Origin: Candidatus Bathyarchaeia archaeon
Lineage (GTDB): Archaea > Thermoproteota > Bathyarchaeia > Bathyarchaeales > Bathycorpusculaceae
Length of the DNA stretch: 64,000 bases
Reading direction: 5' to 3'
NCBI GenBank assembly: GCA_050010755.1
Contig: JBEKKK010000001.1
Coordinates: 448,001-512,000 of the forward strand
Each line of letters begins with the position of its first letter. Within the stretch, counting starts at the first letter, position 1. The translations under genes and the position numbers were made by a program. Under the pieces are notes generated by a model. That model searched no databases. It saw only the letters and a list, made by a program, of their open reading frames with translations, and was not told the DNA's origin. Shown here in pieces: positions 50,954-62,254 of the stretch.

Positions 50954-51982
50954 TTAGGATCTTGCTCTTCTCACGGTTACGCGTTGTCTGAACATCTGCA
51001 TCTTGTCGCCTTCTTCTTCTCTCAAGGTGCGGCCAGTGAATTCTAGGTATGCTTCGTCCAGAGTTGGTTTGGTCAGAGATATTTTCGTTACGTGAAGTCC
51101 TTTGGATCTGATTACGTCCATGATTTGCGGTGAGGCTTCTTCTCCGAGGTCGACCTTTATGCGATAGTTGTTATCCGTCTTCTGAACGTTTTTCACTAGT
51201 TTGACGCTGGCGATGTCGGATGATATGTCCGGTTCGCTCTCTCTGAGTGTGACGGCGATGACGTCTCCGCCGATGCTTTCTTTCAGTTCTTCGGGTGTGC
51301 CGATTCTTATGATGTGGCCGTGATCGATTATGGCTATTCTGTCGCAGAGTGAGTCGGCTTCTTCGAGGTAGTGGGTTGTGAGAAAGAGGGTCATGTGGTA
51401 TTCGTCTTTTAGCATTTTGATGTATTTCCATACCACGGTGCGGGTTTGAACGTCGAGGCCGAGGGTTGGTTCATCCAAGAACAGCAATTTTGGATAATTG
51501 ATCAAGCCGCAGGCGAGCTCCAGTCTTCTGCGCATTCCTCCTGAGTAGGTGCTCACCTTTCTCTTTGCAGCGTCTTGAAGCTCTACCAGTTTCAATAGTT
51601 CTTGTGCGTGTGGTTTCGAATCGCTTCTCGGTATGCCGTAGAGATCAGCACAGAGGAGGACGTTGTTGATTCCGCTCATGTCCTCGTCTGCGGTATACTC
51701 TTGCGGTACGACTCCGACATTTCTTCGCACCTCGTTCGGATCCTTGAATATGTCGTAGCCGCAGACCATCGCGTTTCCTGATGAAGGTTTCATCAAGGTT
51801 GTTAGAATGTTGATGGTGGTGGTTTTGCCAGCGCCGTTAGGACCGACGAACCCGAAAATCTCCCCCATTTTCACTTCAAAGCTCACGTTATCCACGGCCT
51901 TCAACTTGCCGAAGACTTTTGAAAGGTTCTTGACGGTCACAATAATCGAAGACTGTGTAGTTTCAGCTTGCGTTGTAGACAC
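50954..51982 (-). CDS. DrrA-like ABC exporter ATP-binding protein
   Basis: GPNGAGKTT, YSGGMRRR, LDEPTLGLD, TTHYLEEA. Confidence 0.95.
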   Translation of the reverse strand: MSTTQAETTQSSIIVTVKNLSKVFGKLKAVDNVSFEVKMGEIFGFVGPNGAGKTTTINILTTLMKPSSGNAMVCGYDIFKDPNEVRRNVGVVPQEYTADEDMSGINNVLLCADLYGIPRSDSKPHAQELLKLVELQDAAKRKVSTYSGGMRRRLELACGLINYPKLLFLDEPTLGLDVQTRTVVWKYIKMLKDEYHMTLFLTTHYLEEADSLCDRIAIIDHGHIIRIGTPEELKESIGGDVIAVTLRESEPDISSDIASVKLVKNVQKTDNNYRIKVDLGEEASPQIMDVIRSKGLHVTKISLTKPTLDEAYLEFTGRTLREEEGDKMQMFRQRVTVRRARS

Positions 51983-52084
51983 GTTTACTCACTCCTGATT
52001 TTAATGAATTACGAGTTCTTCATTCGATAGATATGCGATATAAAAACATAGCGCGCATTCGGGGGAGAAGCGACTTATTCTTGA

Positions 52085-52230
52085 GGATCGACCCCCTCCT
52101 TTCTCTATTGGTAACAACCGTGGTAATGTTGTTTGGTAACAAATCATGAAGAGATTTCAAGGAGACTTCTTTTCTTTGAATTTGTCCTGTTCATAGGTAA
52201 CAACATTGGTAACAATGATTGGTAACAAGT
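52085..52230 (-). repeat. Dispersed intergenic repeat, long copy F (TGTTACC iterons)
   Basis: Reverse complement: CATTGTTACCAATGTTGTTACC...TTGTTACCAAACAACATTACCACGGTTGTTACCAATAGAGAAAGGAGGGGG. Confidence 0.88.
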
Positions 52231-52374
52231 CGTGAAGCACGCGCTCCAACTGGGAAACAAGTTTCAAGTGACAAGATGGCCTGGGGAAGGGATTTCAGCA
52301 CCAGTTTTGTCAGTAACCGAATGCTCTAATCTCTCCCGGCTACTAAGGTTAATAGGACTCGCCTTTATCTGCCT

Positions 52375-54345
52375 ATGAAAACGCGACTATGCAAGAGGGA
52401 GACGGATTTGTTTGCCGAGCCAAAGAAAGCGACGAGTGTCATAAGGACTGTGTGTCAGAGGGATTGTCCGGATACGTGTTTTGTTGACACCGTTGTCCAA
52501 GATGGCCGCATCTTATCCACGAGGGGGAGTACAGAAAACCCGATAACTCAGGGATTTCTATGTCCACGAGGGGTGGGAGATCCAAAGCGAGTATACAGCG
52601 AAGAACGCGTACTTTTTCCTCATATCAAGAATGGGGACAAGTTCAAAAGAGTTTCTTGGTCGGAAGCCCTAGAACTAGTTGCCTACAAATTGGCTAGTGT
52701 CTTGGAGAATTGCGGAAATGAGTCCATTTTGCTGTATGATTATCTGGGCAACCAGGGATGTCTCAGCTTGCAGTATTCTCAAAGATTGTGGCGGGCAATT
52801 GGCGCGACTGTTACGGACGGTGCTCTCTGCAGCACATCTGGGCATACCGGAATCGGACTTCACTATGGGCTTGCGTATGGTCTCGGATTTGAGGAAGTTC
52901 TTAATTGCCAAACCATCGTGTTTTGGGGAAACAACGCGAAGGTTAGTTCTCCTCATCTTTGGGCCCTTTCATTAAGGGCAAGAAAAGAGAAAGGCACCAC
53001 GCTAATATCTGTGGACCCTAGGAAAAGCGAGACGTCAGAGAGTTCCGATCTCTGGGTTACCCCTCGCCCAGGCAGTGACGTAGCACTATTTTACGGGATA
53101 GCGCGATACCTAATCGAACGCAGCAAAGTCGCCGAGAAATTCATCGAGAAATGGACTACCGGCTATGACAAATTAAGAGAAGAGGTTAGGGACTGGACAC
53201 CGAAGCGAGTGCAAAAGGCCACAGGTCTCACGGGGGAAAAGGTTGAGGAGTTGTGCCAAGTACTCGTTGAGAAGGGTCCTGTATGCTTTATGATAGGCTT
53301 GGGGTTAAACAAGTCGAGCCATGGGGCAGAGGCCTCGAGGGCTGTGAGTCTATTGCCAGCTTTGCTTGGACAGCATCGTGGTTTTCACTACAGCGACTCG
53401 AAGGGTCGGTTTGTTGATTGGAGTTATATCAACGGAAGCAAGATGAGCAGTAACAAGTCAAAGGTCGTTGAGCAGGTTTCTTTGGGGGAAAGGTTAGACT
53501 CGGGTGAGTTCAAGTTTGTTTTCATCAAAGGTTCCAACCCCGCTTTAACGCTTCCAAACCAAGTCGCCGTGAGGGCAGGTCTCTCAAGAGAAGACGTGTT
53601 CGTAGTTGTTAATGAAACACATTGGACCGAGACCGTGAAGCTCGCCGATGTTGTTCTGCCTGCCGCAACGTATCTGGAGAAATCGGATGTGAATTTCTCC
53701 GATCATCACCCGTACACACGTTTATCAATGAAGGCGATTGAGCCCTTAGGAGAGTGCAAGCACGAATTCTGGGTCATGCAAAAGCTTGCCGAGAGACTGA
53801 GCTGCAAGGAACCTTGGGTGTTTGAGGATCCTTGGAAAGCCCTTGAAAAAGCTGTGGCGGAAGCATTTGAAAACGGAAGCTTTGATGACCTACTCAAGGG
53901 CGCTGTTCTGAAACTGAGGCAAAGGTCCACTAATGAGTACCAGACGCCTTCTGGCAAGATCGAGTTATACTCTTCAAAAGCCCTCGAAATAGGTGCAAGC
54001 CCCCTCCCAACACAATTGCCACTCTATGAAGAGGAGCACTGGTTTACTCTACTGAACAGTGCTCTCCCAAATTGGACCCACAGCCAATTCAGAGACGTTT
54101 ATGGCCCTATCCCACAAGTTGTATGGATCAATCCTGTTGACGCGGACAATCACGGAGTAAAGAACGGAGCCGATGTCACCCTTTTCAACGAGCAAGGAGC
54201 ACTGATTATCGAAGCGGTACTAACCGAAAGAGTCTCCAAGGGAGTCTTGTGGTCGCCGAGACCCTTGACCGGCAAAAACGGTGTTCCGTTGAATAGTTTG
54301 GCAGAGGGAAATCCGCAGTCTCTGGGCGCAGGCCCCACGGTTTAA
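52375..54345 (+). CDS. Molybdopterin oxidoreductase catalytic subunit (DMSO reductase family), probable frameshift near the C-terminus
   Basis: CQRDCPDTC...FLCPRG [4Fe-4S] motif; RPGSD; ADVVLPAA; TPSGKIE; INPVDA. Confidence 0.88.
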   Translation: MKTRLCKRETDLFAEPKKATSVIRTVCQRDCPDTCFVDTVVQDGRILSTRGSTENPITQGFLCPRGVGDPKRVYSEERVLFPHIKNGDKFKRVSWSEALELVAYKLASVLENCGNESILLYDYLGNQGCLSLQYSQRLWRAIGATVTDGALCSTSGHTGIGLHYGLAYGLGFEEVLNCQTIVFWGNNAKVSSPHLWALSLRARKEKGTTLISVDPRKSETSESSDLWVTPRPGSDVALFYGIARYLIERSKVAEKFIEKWTTGYDKLREEVRDWTPKRVQKATGLTGEKVEELCQVLVEKGPVCFMIGLGLNKSSHGAEASRAVSLLPALLGQHRGFHYSDSKGRFVDWSYINGSKMSSNKSKVVEQVSLGERLDSGEFKFVFIKGSNPALTLPNQVAVRAGLSREDVFVVVNETHWTETVKLADVVLPAATYLEKSDVNFSDHHPYTRLSMKAIEPLGECKHEFWVMQKLAERLSCKEPWVFEDPWKALEKAVAEAFENGSFDDLLKGAVLKLRQRSTNEYQTPSGKIELYSSKALEIGASPLPTQLPLYEEEHWFTLLNSALPNWTHSQFRDVYGPIPQVVWINPVDADNHGVKNGADVTLFNEQGALIIEAVLTERVSKGVLWSPRPLTGKNGVPLNSLAEGNPQSLGAGPTV

Positions 54346-54412
54346 CTCAATTAGAGTCAGAATAAAACCAGTTTGAAGAAAATAGCTTAGAAACAAACCT
54401 TAACTGGCAAAA

Positions 54413-54539
54413 TGGCGCCGGGGAAGGGACTCGAACCCCTGCGAGCCAAAGGCCCACTGGCTTGCTTGTCCTTGAATCTAGGCCCTCTTTTTCAGATTCG
54501 ATCTCGAGGCCAGCGCGATAACCACTCCGCCACCCCGGC
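54413..54539 (-). tRNA. tRNA-Ser(CGA) with 40-nt intron at 37/38 (54463-54502), CCA encoded
   Basis: GCCGGGG/CCCCGGC acceptor stem, long variable arm, GGTTCGAGT T-loop, CTGGC-CT-CGA-G|intron|A-GCCAG. Confidence 0.9.
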
Positions 54540-54652
54540 ACTGTCTTAAGGATTCTGAACAGAGGCTTTTAGCTTTATCCTGTAGAGATATTTGATGTTC
54601 CGTTTGTCCGGTACGGAAGTGTCTATTGATACTTGAGGTGTTAGGTGGACAT

Positions 54653-55492
54653 TTATGCCCGAAGTCTTTTCGGTTTCGGTGTGTGCATTAGCGAGGGGAA
54701 CAACCACTGTCTATTTCTTCTTAACTTCACGGCATCCCATTCGTGGAGTATTTTCACAGCTTCGTTCGCCGTTTTTATGGCGTTTTCTTCGCCCTCGCCT
54801 GGTTTGAACTCGTTTACGCAGCGGTTGGCGTAAACTGCGAAGACGGAGCCCGCCCTCAGCCCGTAGAGGCCGGCTATAGTGTACAGCGTGGCCGTTTCCA
54901 TGTCAAAACTCAGCACTCCGGCCTTCTGTAACGTGGGCAGCAGGTTTTCCGTGTTGGATGAGCGTGTTTGGCCGATTGGCCGGTTTTGTCCAGCATAGAA
55001 GTCTGACGTTGTCGCTGTCACGCCGACGTGATATGTGCCGATGTCTAGGCTTTCAGCAGCTTCGATCAAGGCTAACAGGACCTCGTAGTTTGCTGCTGCG
55101 GGATACTCGGGCATGACGTAACAGTTGCTCGTGCAGTCCAGGCGTACGGCGGCGCTGGAAATTATGAGGTCGCCACAGGCAATGTTTTTTTGGATTGCCC
55201 CTGTGCTTCCGACGCGGATGAAAGTGTTCACTCCGATGTTTGAAGATTCGTTCACTGCGATAGCCATGCAGGCGGGACCGATGCCGCTTGACAGGGCCGA
55301 GATGGGCACGCCCTTGTACTTGCCCGTGTAGCTGCGAAATTCACGATGACTGGACACTTCTCTCGCTGAATCCCAGAACTTGGCGATTTTTGGAACACGA
55401 TCAGGATCGCCAGGAACGAGCAGGGTTTCAGCCAAATCACCAGGTCCACAAGCGATGTGGTATTGCTTGCGACCAGACTCTGTCGAGTGCAC
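54653..55492 (-). CDS. udp: Uridine phosphorylase / nucleoside phosphorylase
   Basis: PGDPDRV, HREF, SSGIG, FIRVGSTGA, FYAGQ.R, DMETA. Confidence 0.88.
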   Translation of the reverse strand: MHSTESGRKQYHIACGPGDLAETLLVPGDPDRVPKIAKFWDSAREVSSHREFRSYTGKYKGVPISALSSGIGPACMAIAVNESSNIGVNTFIRVGSTGAIQKNIACGDLIISSAAVRLDCTSNCYVMPEYPAAANYEVLLALIEAAESLDIGTYHVGVTATTSDFYAGQNRPIGQTRSSNTENLLPTLQKAGVLSFDMETATLYTIAGLYGLRAGSVFAVYANRCVNEFKPGEGEENAIKTANEAVKILHEWDAVKLRRNRQWLFPSLMHTPKPKRLRA

Positions 55493-55568
55493 CTCGTCTC
55501 ACCGCAACTAAGATTAAATGCAGGGCATTTAATAATAATGTAGATATTTTGTTTCATTATTTGATTAA

Positions 55569-55910
55569 TTACCAGTCTTCAACTGGAACAAATTTTGTTT
55601 TGTCCTTGTATTTCTCTGGAATCCAATCCAGAAAACCATTTAGAGCATCAAAAAGTGCTTCTTCAACATTATCACGTTGATAAATGCTCATGTAAGGAGT
55701 TCCTTGTTTTGGGTTTTGGATTTGGTAATTTGCTATTCCCATAAATTTGCCTTGTGGCATCACATAAACAACTTCCATTTTTAGTCTAACTGGAAGGTCG
55801 GTAATCTCAAAAGCCCATTCTCCTATTATCTCCTCTATTTCACCTAGTCCTTTATCATCGTAACTCAGCAATACCTTTTCAAGATTAACCTTGCCACTCA
55901 TCAAGTTCAC
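55569..55910 (-). CDS. Hypothetical acidic protein
   Basis: 113-aa ORF with AGGTGA SD-like sequence near the start. Confidence 0.65.
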   Translation of the reverse strand: MNLMSGKVNLEKVLLSYDDKGLGEIEEIIGEWAFEITDLPVRLKMEVVYVMPQGKFMGIANYQIQNPKQGTPYMSIYQRDNVEEALFDALNGFLDWIPEKYKDKTKFVPVEDW

Positions 55911-56033
55911 CTTGTGATATGTTCGAAATTACACTTCTGAATAGCTATAACCCTTTCCGCAAGACCGAAACTCGCTTAGAAGAAATATGTCGAAAGTGCA
56001 GAACAGGAAAAGCAATTAATCCCTGCAAGCCAG

Positions 56034-56825
56034 TCATATAAAAGGAGTTGCTTCTCGCCATCTTTTGTCAAACATTTCTTCTATGGCATATCTTACTTCA
56101 TCTTCCAGTTTCGTTATTGTGGTGTCTCTATTCCCTAAATCCTTCAAACTTGAACCAATCGACCAACAATTACCGTCAGATATTATGTATCTGTCGTGTA
56201 AGTTCTTACCATTGAAGACTCTAACCTCAATTTTTAGGTGTTGGAACTCTTTTGCGAAATCTTTCAGTTCCCTTTTGAAAGTTGCTTCTTGCTCGACCAG
56301 TTGCGTCAACAGAGAAATTGTACACTTCTGCTTGATTTCACTTATCAAATCGAGAATTCTGGTTCCACAATATGGGTCACAGATTTTGGCTGAAGACGCA
56401 ATCTTCGACATCACTATTTCTTGGAAGAGTTTCTTTCCACTATAAACCTTTCCAGATTCAATAAGCCATGTTTTGGCACCAATGCTTTCTCCAAGCATAT
56501 CTTTCACGGTTTTTAAACCCTTAATCTTTAGACTCAGTGATTTCACGTTTCGTTCTTCTTTCTCATTCACAAGTTCTTCGTCCTTAGCATTATGCAGATT
56601 CTGGGGGAAATTTACTTCTTTTCTGCCCAACGCTACAAATAGGTTTTTGACCTCGCTGGTTTTTATTTCAGGTGTCTTGTTCTTATTAGAGCACATATAG
56701 AGTGACAGCAACAGTGCAGTTTTGTCGCTTGGCTTCTCATCAAGAAGCATTTTGTCATGAAATTCGTGGATTATGTACTTGGCGTTTTCGACTTCTTCTT
56801 TAGGGAAATAATGTTCTAGTTCCAC
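56034..56825 (-). CDS. Winged-helix + PLD-like (HDR-type) nuclease-domain protein
   Basis: ICDPY...LLT...LHDRYIISD..CWSIGSSLKDLG; N-terminal helical/wing region ending LSLKIKG. Confidence 0.65.
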   Translation of the reverse strand: MELEHYFPKEEVENAKYIIHEFHDKMLLDEKPSDKTALLLSLYMCSNKNKTPEIKTSEVKNLFVALGRKEVNFPQNLHNAKDEELVNEKEERNVKSLSLKIKGLKTVKDMLGESIGAKTWLIESGKVYSGKKLFQEIVMSKIASSAKICDPYCGTRILDLISEIKQKCTISLLTQLVEQEATFKRELKDFAKEFQHLKIEVRVFNGKNLHDRYIISDGNCWSIGSSLKDLGNRDTTITKLEDEVRYAIEEMFDKRWREATPFI

Positions 56826-57262
56826 TAGGGTTTCTCCGTTTTCTTGGGGAGATTCTCCAATTCTGTCAAAAATCTTTCAATTTGGAGAGGATTTACTTGA
56901 TGCATACCTCTTTTCAGAGGAATTGCAAATTTATCTTTTCTTAGTTCCATCATTCTGGCCGCAATCTGGTCTTCTGGAATATTCAGGGAGTTGCTTAATT
57001 CCTCGCTACTCATCCCAGCAGATATGTTCTTGTCAAGACGGTTGGCTAGAAACCTTGCTACCAAAGCCAATTGGACTTGTTGCAATTTTTTCGAACTCTT
57101 GTTCTCAACGATTACCATACCATCTTTTGTTACTTTGCAAAAAGGAAGAATTCTTTCAACATAGTTAGCGATCCTTTTTTCATCAAATTTCTCTTCCACT
57201 ATGAACTTCTTCTTCAGTTCTTCCAAGCAATCACAGAAAAATTGTATATTGTATTTCAGCAT
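56825..57262 (-). CDS. Putative winged-helix DNA-binding protein
   Basis: MSSEELSNSLNIPEDQIAARMMELRKDKF..PLKRGMHQV; the stop overlaps the start of the PLD-like gene. Confidence 0.6.
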   Translation of the reverse strand: MLKYNIQFFCDCLEELKKKFIVEEKFDEKRIANYVERILPFCKVTKDGMVIVENKSSKKLQQVQLALVARFLANRLDKNISAGMSSEELSNSLNIPEDQIAARMMELRKDKFAIPLKRGMHQVNPLQIERFLTELENLPKKTEKP

Positions 57263-57374
57263 TTAACTATTATGATAGAGATACAAACCATTCTTGAAGA
57301 ACCTAAAACATAGAAGTCGTATGCCAGCACGGCAACAGAAAAGCTAATCATAATCGTTCACGCTAGGGCTACTC

Positions 57375-57764
57375 ATGGAAATGACAGAAAAAGAAAGATT
57401 AATGCTCAACGAGAAAAGGGACCATATTTGCGAATTGACTAAGAAGATTCTGGACTTAGCACAAAAACCCGAAAATTCGTTGGAAATCAAGAAAAATATG
57501 ACAAACATACTGTCAGATTTGAATGCGATAGCTTCTTACGCAGATTCTAATAAGAGTAGCCTAAACCAGTTTACAATTGCCGTGACTCAGTTATTTCTAG
57601 AGATGGACGAAGAAAGAAGTAGAGAAAGCTGGATAGCTTCTCCGATTGATATTGAGGTTGTTTGCAACTGGGCTAATTCCGTTAGATTCAATTTCACCAA
57701 GAAAAGTTTCAAGTTGATTTTGCCTAAGAATCTCAATCTTGGCATACATTTTCACAATAGATAA
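57375..57764 (+). CDS. Hypothetical protein
   Basis: 129-aa AT-rich ORF, helical appearance. Confidence 0.55.
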   Translation: MEMTEKERLMLNEKRDHICELTKKILDLAQKPENSLEIKKNMTNILSDLNAIASYADSNKSSLNQFTIAVTQLFLEMDEERSRESWIASPIDIEVVCNWANSVRFNFTKKSFKLILPKNLNLGIHFHNR

Positions 57765-57790
57765 GCGATGCAAGAGCAAGAGGTTCAAAA

Positions 57791-57958
57791 ATGGAACCAG
57801 AAGTTCACATCCTCGAGAAGTATTTTCAGGAAGTCTTACTTTGTTTCACCATGACAAACATTCAACTTAAAGGAAAGAAGGAGATTGACCTTCTAGCTGG
57901 ACTTCGAAAATGTAGCTATTCACTGACAACATTTGAAGGTTTGGATAAATCATGTTGA
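57791..57958 (+). pseudogene. Possible truncated PD-(D/E)xK nuclease N-terminus
   Basis: GAGGT SD; MEPEVHILEKYFQE...MTNIQLKGKKEIDLLA, after which the similarity ends. Confidence 0.4.
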
Positions 57959-58284
57959 ACACAATGCAAAAAGAGACTACGTAACTTTTCCATAGCTTTC
58001 ATGGAAATTGGAAAGTGTTCAATTAGCATTATACAAACCTTCGAAAGTTGCCAATGGATAGCTGGGTTTTCGAAATTCCCATGCTTTTTCCATGCGGAAA
58101 ACATGACCATCCGCTGGGAACTTTCGAACTATTGGTGAAATCATATTGAGCACTTACAACAATACGGAAAACGTACTTAAACGTAGAAATACGTACACGA
58201 AAAATGAGAGTATGGTTCAATCAACATGTTTTCGATTGTAATACGAAAATATTATAAGCACAGACAGACTTTATAGAATAGGAA

Positions 58285-58357
58285 GGGCTGGTAGCTCAGA
58301 AGATAGAGCAATCCCGTGCTAAAGGATATGTCGTCGGTGCGAATCCGACCCAGCCCG
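58285..58357 (+). tRNA. Aberrant or pseudo-tRNA (GCT at the anticodon position, short variable loop)
   Basis: GGGCTGG/CCAGCCC, GCTC/GAGC D-stem, ATCCC-GTGCTAA-AGGAT, GTCGG-TGCGAAT-CCGAC; lacks the D-loop GG and T-loop TTC. Confidence 0.7.
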
Positions 58358-58965
58358 TCCATTTTACACTAACAAACTAACATGTCCATCGTAATAAGCA
58401 TTTACCTATAAGTAAAGCCGTACCACCGCAACAACCTAACAAACCTGTTACCGCATTAGAGCCTAATTTGCATGTGTGCATACCGTGCGGTACGCTAGAA
58501 ATTTGAAGGTACAAGTTAAAAGAAGCAACATCCCATGACCATGTAGTACACATAATCAGTTGATTAAAAAGGGATTTGTGAATGTTTCCACGGGAACACT
58601 CATGAAGATAGGTGAAAGGCGTGAAGACATATCGAAGTTCGGTATATCCTTTCGATGGCGGAATTTCGCTTTTATATTGGTCTTTAGTTTATGACAATAA
58701 TAGACGACAAAGAAAAAAGGGCATATCCAAGGACATCCTTCATCACAGGGTACCACCATGGATGGTTCGGGATGTCCTTGAGGCAACATTGCCAATATTC
58801 CATAGTTTAAACCAGTATTAAAGCGGTCTTTCAAAATCTGCTATATGCGATAACCTGATAACAATCTTCTGTGAAGCAAATTAGTTTAAACCATGCCGTA
58901 CAGAAATCTTAAATCTGCACTGCAACAGAAGACAAACTAATAGTGGAACGCGGAGACACCGTTTT

Positions 58966-59241
58966 TTGTCGACCGAACAGAGAAGAACCAAGTATGACAT
59001 CTATGCTGACATAGTAGAAATAGTCGCCAAGAAAGGGCTCTGCTCTTTGACAAGGGTCTCCTATGGAGCCAACATGCCCGTAGACCGAACGAAGAAGGAA
59101 CTGAATTTTCTAGTTGCTCACGGCTTCATAAACGAAGTCAACTTCGAAAACTCGAAGAAATACAGAGCAACCAAGTGGGGACTAGAATACCTCGAAACAT
59201 TCAAGCGCATGCGAAAGTTCTTTGCCGCACTGGAAGAATAG
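58966..59241 (+). CDS. Archaeal winged-helix transcriptional regulator
   Basis: RRTKYDIYADI...TRVSYGANM...L..L...GFI...YRATKWG. Confidence 0.85.
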   Translation: MSTEQRRTKYDIYADIVEIVAKKGLCSLTRVSYGANMPVDRTKKELNFLVAHGFINEVNFENSKKYRATKWGLEYLETFKRMRKFFAALEE

Positions 59242-59427
59242 AAGACATCAGCGCTTTTAGCCCGCGCTATTTTCGGTTTTCCAGCTTGAAACTTATGAAC
59301 TTAATTTTCACAATCTTTTTGATTGCGCATCTAGGTTTAGACTTGCTTCGGCACATGCACTTCGATCGACGGAACGCAAAATTTATGATGAACAAACAAC
59401 TACATTGTACAACAAGGCGATTTCTGA

Positions 59428-61605
<2,178 letters not shown>

Positions 61606-62254
61606 GCGCGCGCGATATCTTCAAACCTACAACTAAGAACCATAATGCAAAAAAACTTGGCATACGAGAACCAGGATCGGTCCGATTAGCCTCGCTTTGT
61701 CTCTATTAGCGCGCGCCTCTGGCAAAGCCCATTGCAAAGCCGTCTGTTCCGCGGAATATATCAATAACTGCCGTATTTTCCTCCGTTAAGTATCGGTGTC
61801 TGCTTTTCACGCTTTTCTTTGTGCGCAGGCAGGACATGTAAGTCGCGGTCAGACAGTTTGTAACTACGAAACGTGTTTTCTTCATGTGCGTCGCCTTTTA
61901 AGGGATCCGATGGCTTACCGATTCTCAGCAAAGGAATGAGGTGGTAATAATGGCAAGACATGTCAGAACTAAAACGGGTTGGAGTGAAGGAAGCGAGCAC
62001 AAATTCGCTGGAGGGAATCGACTCCTAGGTTTCATTCACAAGGTCTTAGGATCCCACCAATGCGTGCCCGAATCAGCATATTGCATCACACATGAACGTG
62101 TTGAGGATTTTCGGGAACCCATTGGCTTCGCATCGGATAAAGAAGCTGAAACGCTGTTAAGAAGAGCCCGGATGTTTCAGTGAATGGATACCAGTCACGA
62201 AATGTGAGTCCCCCTTTTAAAGTGGTGCGTCATGTTCAACGTGGAGGGTGTGAA

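Larger units (their letters stand above)
55540..58900. mobile_element. AT-rich horizontally acquired island (no integrase seen)
   Basis: Visible shift to AT-rich sequence; only hypothetical or fragmentary genes and an aberrant tRNA; boundaries approximate. Confidence 0.55.

Noticed and set aside
52375-54345. Selenocysteine-containing formate dehydrogenase
   Set aside because: No in-frame TGA. The ligand region reads ALCSTSG rather than the FDH RL(C/U)H motif.
54413-58357. Integrated element bounded by tRNA-Ser and the pseudo-tRNA as attL/attR
   Set aside because: The two tRNA sequences share no direct repeat, housekeeping udp lies between them, and no integrase is present.
61761-62250. Short ORFs between katG and the bactofilin-like gene
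   Set aside because: No recognisable motifs and several mutually overlapping short frames; no call can be supported.
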